In this document: piece by piece, positions 58,619-64,000 of the stretch
How the letters are laid out: every line of letters starts with the position of its first letter
Numbering within the stretch: the stretch's first letter is position 1
NCBI RefSeq assembly: GCF_011745625.1
Contig: NW_027191457.1
Location: 992,001-1,056,000, forward strand
Direction of reading: 5' to 3'
DNA: 64,000 nt
DNA from: Cladosporium halotolerans
Taxonomy: Eukaryota
Notes under the pieces: model-generated
Databases searched by the model: none
What the model saw: the letters and a program-made list of their open reading frames with translations, nothing else
What the model was told of the DNA's origin: nothing
Position numbers and translations under genes: made by a program

Positions 58619-58757
58619 CCGAGCCTCCCGCAGCTCGGCTTGGCACGGGCAGGAGAATCATCCATCGAGGACGTCGCGGCAAGCTCCTCAGCAGCAAGGT
58701 CCCGCCCATTGAAACACCACCATCCCACTCATCCCTTCCCGCATCACATCCGCCACG

Positions 58758-59168
58758 ATGGGCTTCTTCGACTACGTCTCCGACCTGTACTCGTCCGTCT
58801 CCTTCCAGCCCGTCGAGGCCGAGGAGCGCGACGCCCGCCAGTTCGAGGGCCCCGTCGACACCAGCGGCAACCAGAACTCTGGCAAGGACACGCGCGCCGG
58901 CGGCGTCGGCACCGCGCACCACGACCGCGAGGCCACCACCCAGGGTGGCGCCAGCCTGAAGACCCCCGCCGCCGGCACCGACGAGGAGAGCCCCGAGGAG
59001 TCCGAGGTCAACAAGGCCGATGCCGCCAAGGCCGCCAGCAAGCAGGGCGAGGGCGAGAAGGGTCACTCCCCTGGCGAGGGTGGCGCTGGTAGCGGCCAGG
59101 TCGGCGCGAAGAACGCCGGTCCCCACGGTGGCCCCGTGAACGCCGCTGCTGATGATGATGAGGAGGAG

Positions 59169-59200
<32 letters not shown>

Positions 59201-59653
59201 GGAGCCTGAGGACCTGAAGCCCAAGCTCGAGGAGGGTGAGTTACACTCGTCTGGCGAAGGATGATTGCTCTGAGCGCATGGAGCTATTTGCGAAGCCATT
59301 GTTGCGATGCGCAAGTGGCAAAGGCGCAGATCAATCATTCTACCGCAGATTTCAGGTACATCATGAGACAGCCGCTGACTGTTTCCACAGAGTGCATGAA
59401 GTCCCAGCAGTGCGCGCCTCTCAAGCACCACTACGACGAGTGCGCCGAGCGCGTGCAGCAGCAGCAGGAGGAGAACGGCAAGGCTGACGAGGACTGCGTT
59501 GAGGAGTGTAAGTTACATGCAATGCGACGGCTCTTTGCAGCACCTCGAAATCACGGTCCCTCAATATGCATACTGACAAGATTCGCAGTCTTCCACCTCA
59601 TGCACTGCGCCTCCGCCTGCGCCGCCCCCAAGCTCTTCGCTCAGCTCAAGTAA
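58758..59653 (+). CDS. QCR6: Cytochrome bc1 complex hinge subunit (~219 aa). Exons 58758-59235, 59391-59507, 59589-59653
   Basis: Poly-Glu tract followed by DLKPKLEEECMKSQQCAPLKHHYDECAERV...EDCVEEFFHLMHCASACAAPKLFAQLK after splicing two introns. Confidence 0.95.
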
Positions 59654-60729
59654 ACCAATCCGCCTCTCCTCAATACCTCAGCAAATCCGCCAAAGTCCGG
59701 CAAACAAGCGACATAGACAAAACTCGGATCGAACCATTGTGTTTGTTCGCGCCGGAGCTGAGGATATCCTTTCACCTTTCTGAATCTCGATCCGACTACC
59801 CAACCGCCTGTATAGCAGCCTTTGATACATTGTACTATGTCCTCAATCCGCCTTGAGCGAAATGTCCAAAAGTCTCTGCGTTTAGCTTGAGTAGTATTGA
59901 ATGCATAGACTCCTTTTGTTTTTCCATTGACACTATCCTGTCATTCACTCTGGGATGTGCTATCCTCTACATCAATAACTTCTCTCGGACTATCTTTTCT
60001 TTGAAACTAAAGACGTGTACGGTACGGCATGTCAAGTCACCTTTGCAGCGAATACATGAAATACCTAGGAGCTCATGGGCCAATGGATGGCCTCTTTCAA
60101 TCTGAGTTTTAGCGGAGTTCTGACGAAATTCCAGAGGCACGCGGGTTGCGCTATTGGCCTCTTGTTGTTATGCTCACAAACATCAATTGGCACCCGCTTG
60201 GCCTTCAGATGCAGGGGAGATCGGTCAGCCCGAGATCATGTAAGAATCAAAGGACTCATCGTATTCTGGGAGATTGATAGGTTGTGCACGTCCTTACTAT
60301 TCCGAGCAGCATCTACATTCGCTTGTAAACGGGAGGGCGTGAATGCTCGAACGCGATGCGACTGAGCTTTGACGGCAAAATGATGGGCTCGTTTCGCGCA
60401 GACACCTGACTCAACCGAGGATAATCAAGCAGCCTGCGAAGGTTTTTGTGTTTTCTTCGCTAGCATTTTCCTCTCCCTGTCAGTCATGAATGGTTCCTTG
60501 GCCTGTCAGGGTTGCTTCATCAATGTAGTTTGATCGGTCATTCGGAATGCTGACCGAACCGAGCGCGGATGACGTCGGGTATGATGTTTGAAGCTTGGGA
60601 GGAGCTTCGCATCTGCACTTCTGCTGTTGCTGCTCCCTCGGGTGTTTTCCTCTCTTTCTCTCCCTCCCATTGAACCTCACGGTCCTCTCCACTCTACAAC
60701 ACCAACCCATTCGAAACGCAACACCGACC

Positions 60730-61564
60730 ATGGCCACGACTCTCTTCCGCAACAGCGCCCTGCGCTCCGTCGTCCGCGCTGCTCCCACCCAGCGCGCTGC
60801 CCTCGGCGGCACCACCTTCGTCCGCGGCAAGGCCACCCTGCCCGACCTCTCCTGTACGCCTCTTCCACATCAACTTCTCTTCTGAAGCACGCACGACTTG
60901 CTGACGCCATGTCTTGACAGACGACTACGGCGCGCTCGAGCCCGCCATCAGCGGCCAGATCATGGAGCTGCACCACAGCAAGCACCACAACACCTACGTG
61001 ACCTCGTACAACACGGCGATCGAGAAGCTGCAGGAGGCCCAGCACAAGGGCGACATCCAGGCCCAGATCGCCCAGCAGCCGCTGATCAACTTCCACGGTG
61101 GTGCGTAGCCCCCGCCCTCTCCCCATCCAACCCAACCCAACCCCCCATCAACCGTCGCTAACCCTCCCTTCCCACCACCAGGCGGCCACACAAACCACAC
61201 CCTCTTCTGGGAGAACCTGGCGCCCAAGTCCGCCGGCGGCGGCGAGCCCCCCAGCGGCGCCCTCGCGACCGCCATCGAGGGCCACTACGGCAGCCTGGAC
61301 AACCTGAAGTCGCAGTTCAACGCGGCGCTGGCGGGCATCCAGGGCTCCGGCTGGGCGTGGCTGGTGCAGGACGTGCAGACGGGCGCGATCGGCATCAAGA
61401 CGTACGCCAACCAGGACCCCGTCGTCGGCCAGTTCCGCCCGATCCTGGGCATCGACGCCTGGGAGCACGCGTACTACCTGCAGTACCAGAACAGGAAGGC
61501 GGAGTACTTCTCTGCTATCTGGGACGTGATCAACTGGAAGGCGGCGGAGAAGAGGCTGAAGTAG
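60730..61564 (+). CDS. SOD2: Mitochondrial Mn superoxide dismutase (~228 aa). Exons 60730-60853, 60921-61100, 61182-61564
   Basis: Presequence ending [56 protein letters not shown]. Confidence 0.97.
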
Positions 61565-62266
61565 AGGATGAGGGATGAAGATGTTTTGTGTAGTAATATC
61601 ATGACGAAGATTGGCATTTGCCGTTTGTACTGAGACGCTTGATGTGTGGGAAATTTCGGAACATGTTTCCAGCGGCCATGTCACTTTCATACTGCGGTCA
61701 GAACACTTTGCGAAAGAACCTCTCGTGCTGAGCTTGTTGTCAGCTGGCGACCCACCAACGCCCATTCGATCGTGTAAATACTCTGGGCTCTCTGACAGGA
61801 GGATGAAAGGCGTCGATCGACGGACACAGGCGCTCGGGGAGACTGTCTGCTGCTTCTAGTGTGCTATGTACAGGGGCAAGTAGGGTAATAGTTTGCTCGA
61901 GCTTGATTTTCGTTGGCAGGCAATTTGTGCACGGGTTTCTGTACAGTATGGTTCAGGGCTAGATTAATAAGGGTAACCAACATTTGACGGGAGATACACG
62001 AGATTAGAGCTTGTTCTTCCGGCTCGGCTTCCAAAGAGTTCTAAGCACGCCAAAGAATAAGCCATGAGCAAGAAGTATGTCTCCGGTTTTGCGGGTGCCA
62101 GAAATCCTAAAGCAAGACAGAAACTAGAACAAAGGGCAAGACAAAAGTAAGGTGCAGCTCTTTCCATTGTGTGTCATGTACTTTTGTTTCGTTTCGTTAC
62201 AAAATGCTCCATTCTCCGTTGATCATTCAAAGCAAGCACGCGGGATCAGAATCAGACTGAACGCGC

Positions 62267-63491
62267 TTACCTCTGGCGGCCGAAAGTGCCGGGGCCCTCG
62301 GGCTTGTTCTTCAGCACGTCCTCGATCTTGCTCATGATCTCGGGCGTGAGCTTGGGCACCAGCTTCATCGCCTTGCAGTTGTCCTCGATCTGCGCGACCT
62401 TGGTCGCGCCCAGGATCACGGTGCTGACGTTGGGGTTCATGACGCACCTGGGATCATGTCAGTAAGGGTGTGCTCAATGGGGCTTCTCGGGGTAGGTGGT
62501 GAACATGACTTACCAGGCAAGCGACAGCTGCGCGACGTTGCCGCCCAGCGACTCGGCGATCTTGGTGAGCTCGCGCACCTTGGCGATCTTCGCCTTGCCC
62601 TCCTCGGTCTGCAGCGAGTTGACGGTGTTCTCGAAGAAGGCCTTGTTCTGCGCGAATCGGCTGTCCTCGGGGATGCCGTCGTTGTACTTGCCGGTGAGAA
62701 GACCGGAGGCGAGAGGAGACCAGATGGTGGTGCCGTACTGGAACTGGTCGTAAAGAGGGGCGTACTCGACCTCAAAGCGCTGGCGGTGGAAGGCGTTGTA
62801 CTGAGGCTGCTCGGCGATGGGAGCGATGAGGTTGTACCTGGGTGGGATGTTAGCTGTGTTGAGTGATTATGGAAATGCAGGGAGACTCACTTCTCAGCAA
62901 TCTGGGTAGCCTCCATGATCTGAACAGCAGACCACTCGGAGGTACCCCAGTAGTAGGCGAGGTTCAGGTTGCGGATGACCTGAGTGAAGCCCTCGACGAT
63001 CTCCTTCATCGGGGTGCCCACGTCAGGCCTGTGGGCCAGAACGATATCCACATACGGCTGCTGCAGCCTCTCCAGCGAGCTCTTGAGGCCCTCGACGACA
63101 TGCTTCCTGCTCAGGCCGCGGGTGTTGGGCTCCTTGCGGCCGGTGCCGAAGAAGACCTTTGTGCTCAGCACGTACTCGTCGCGCGGCCAGTTGAGCTCCT
63201 TGAGCGCGTTGCCCATCTCCACCTCGCACTGCCCGTTGGCGTAGACCTCGGCGGTGTCGAAGAAGTTGATGCCGTGGTCCCAGGCGGCCTGCATGCACTC
63301 CTTGACGATCGAGCCGTTCTGCGTGCCGCCGTAGGTGAGCCAGCCGCCCAGCGAGAGGACGGAGACCTTCAGGCCGCTGGGGCCGAGGTGGCGGAATTGC
63401 TGAAGAAAAGTTAGCATTGAGCCATCATAGTGGAAGAGACGAAAGCTCGTACCATATCCTTGGGGTCGAACTGAGACCTGACGGCAGACAT
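62267..63491 (-). CDS. Aldo-keto reductase, Kv-beta (AKR6)-like (~350 aa). Exons 63491-63453, 63399-62891, 62837-62514, 62447-62267
   Basis: [56 protein letters not shown]. Three canonical introns give a continuous frame ending TAA at 62269-62267. Confidence 0.93.
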
Positions 63492-64000
63492 TTTGGCGGT
63501 GGTGTGGAAGTTGGTGTGGCGGGGTTGTTGGAGCTTCCGGAGGGGGTAGAGGGAAGATGTTGTGGTGGAAGAGAGACGGGATGGTCTGGCGGTGGGAAGA
63601 GGGCAGAAGATATTGGAATGCTTGCAAATGGAGGGCTTCATATCGCCGCTAATGCCGAAAGCACCTGCCCGTTCGCGATGGCGTGGACCTTCCCTCGAGC
63701 GGCTGAAGCTGCCTACCTGCCGTTCTGCTGCTGTGACCACGCGGTGACAGGCACGCGGTGTCTGAATGCGGCGCTGTAAGTGATGTCCCGACCGAACTCT
63801 ATTTCATCTAGTGACAATGTTTCCTCGGCGGGCGCAGACAGCCTTTGTCGCGTTTGCCATTGTCTTCACACTGACCACGGGGGCTGTCTGTTAACACGTC
63901 ATTGCCATTGAACCGTGAGGCGGGGTAGCACATCATGGTGGCAACACGGCAAAAACGGAATCGCTTCGACAGAGGCAGGTCGCCACCGGCGCGGAAAAGT

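Noticed and set aside
60361..60445. TPP-riboswitch-like words (CTGAG, ACCTGA, GGATAAT, GCGAAGG) upstream of SOD2
   Set aside because: The spacing is wrong, the stem around GATAAT cannot pair, and the neighbouring genes are unrelated to thiamine.
1..64000. Transposons, Starship elements, RIP-degraded repeats, CRISPR arrays
   Set aside because: I saw no transposase, RT or tyrosine-recombinase ORFs, terminal repeats, AT-rich blocks or repeat-spacer arrays. The 51220 repeat has no spacers.

Overview
Gene-dense eukaryotic (fungal) genomic DNA. It has short GT-AG introns with CTRAC branch points and intron-poor genes. The gene content and style suggest a filamentous ascomycete, probably a Dothideomycete of the Mycosphaerellales/Capnodiales type (inference). 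I can support 23 protein-coding genes, 13 of them with splice models built by hand. Recognisable ones: DRS2-type P4-ATPase (5'-truncated), a USP34/USP24-like deubiquitinase, TTI1, SGF73, a Far1/Ste5-architecture RING-H2/PH/vWA protein, KU70, ferrochelatase HEM15, two MFS transporters, a secreted LIP-family lipase, a TMEM170-like protein, PEX8, QCR6, mitochondrial MnSOD and a Kv-beta-like aldo-keto reductase. Several lineage-specific or uncharacterised genes are interspersed. I found no tRNA, rRNA, transposon, CRISPR array or secondary-metabolite cluster, and no clear-cut novel multi-gene system. The most interesting leads are: (i) a small Cys/His gene whose frame runs on for 84 coding-like codons past an in-frame TAG (possible recoding/editing, or a nonsense allele); (ii) an orphan transcription-factor-like protein with a TAZ-like HCCC motif and an 11-bp tandem array in its promoter; (iii) a long, strongly self-complementary QCR6 intron; (iv) a GATACC motif recurring downstream of many stop codons; (v) a Far1/Ste5-like scaffold behind a 4.6-kb gene-free region.
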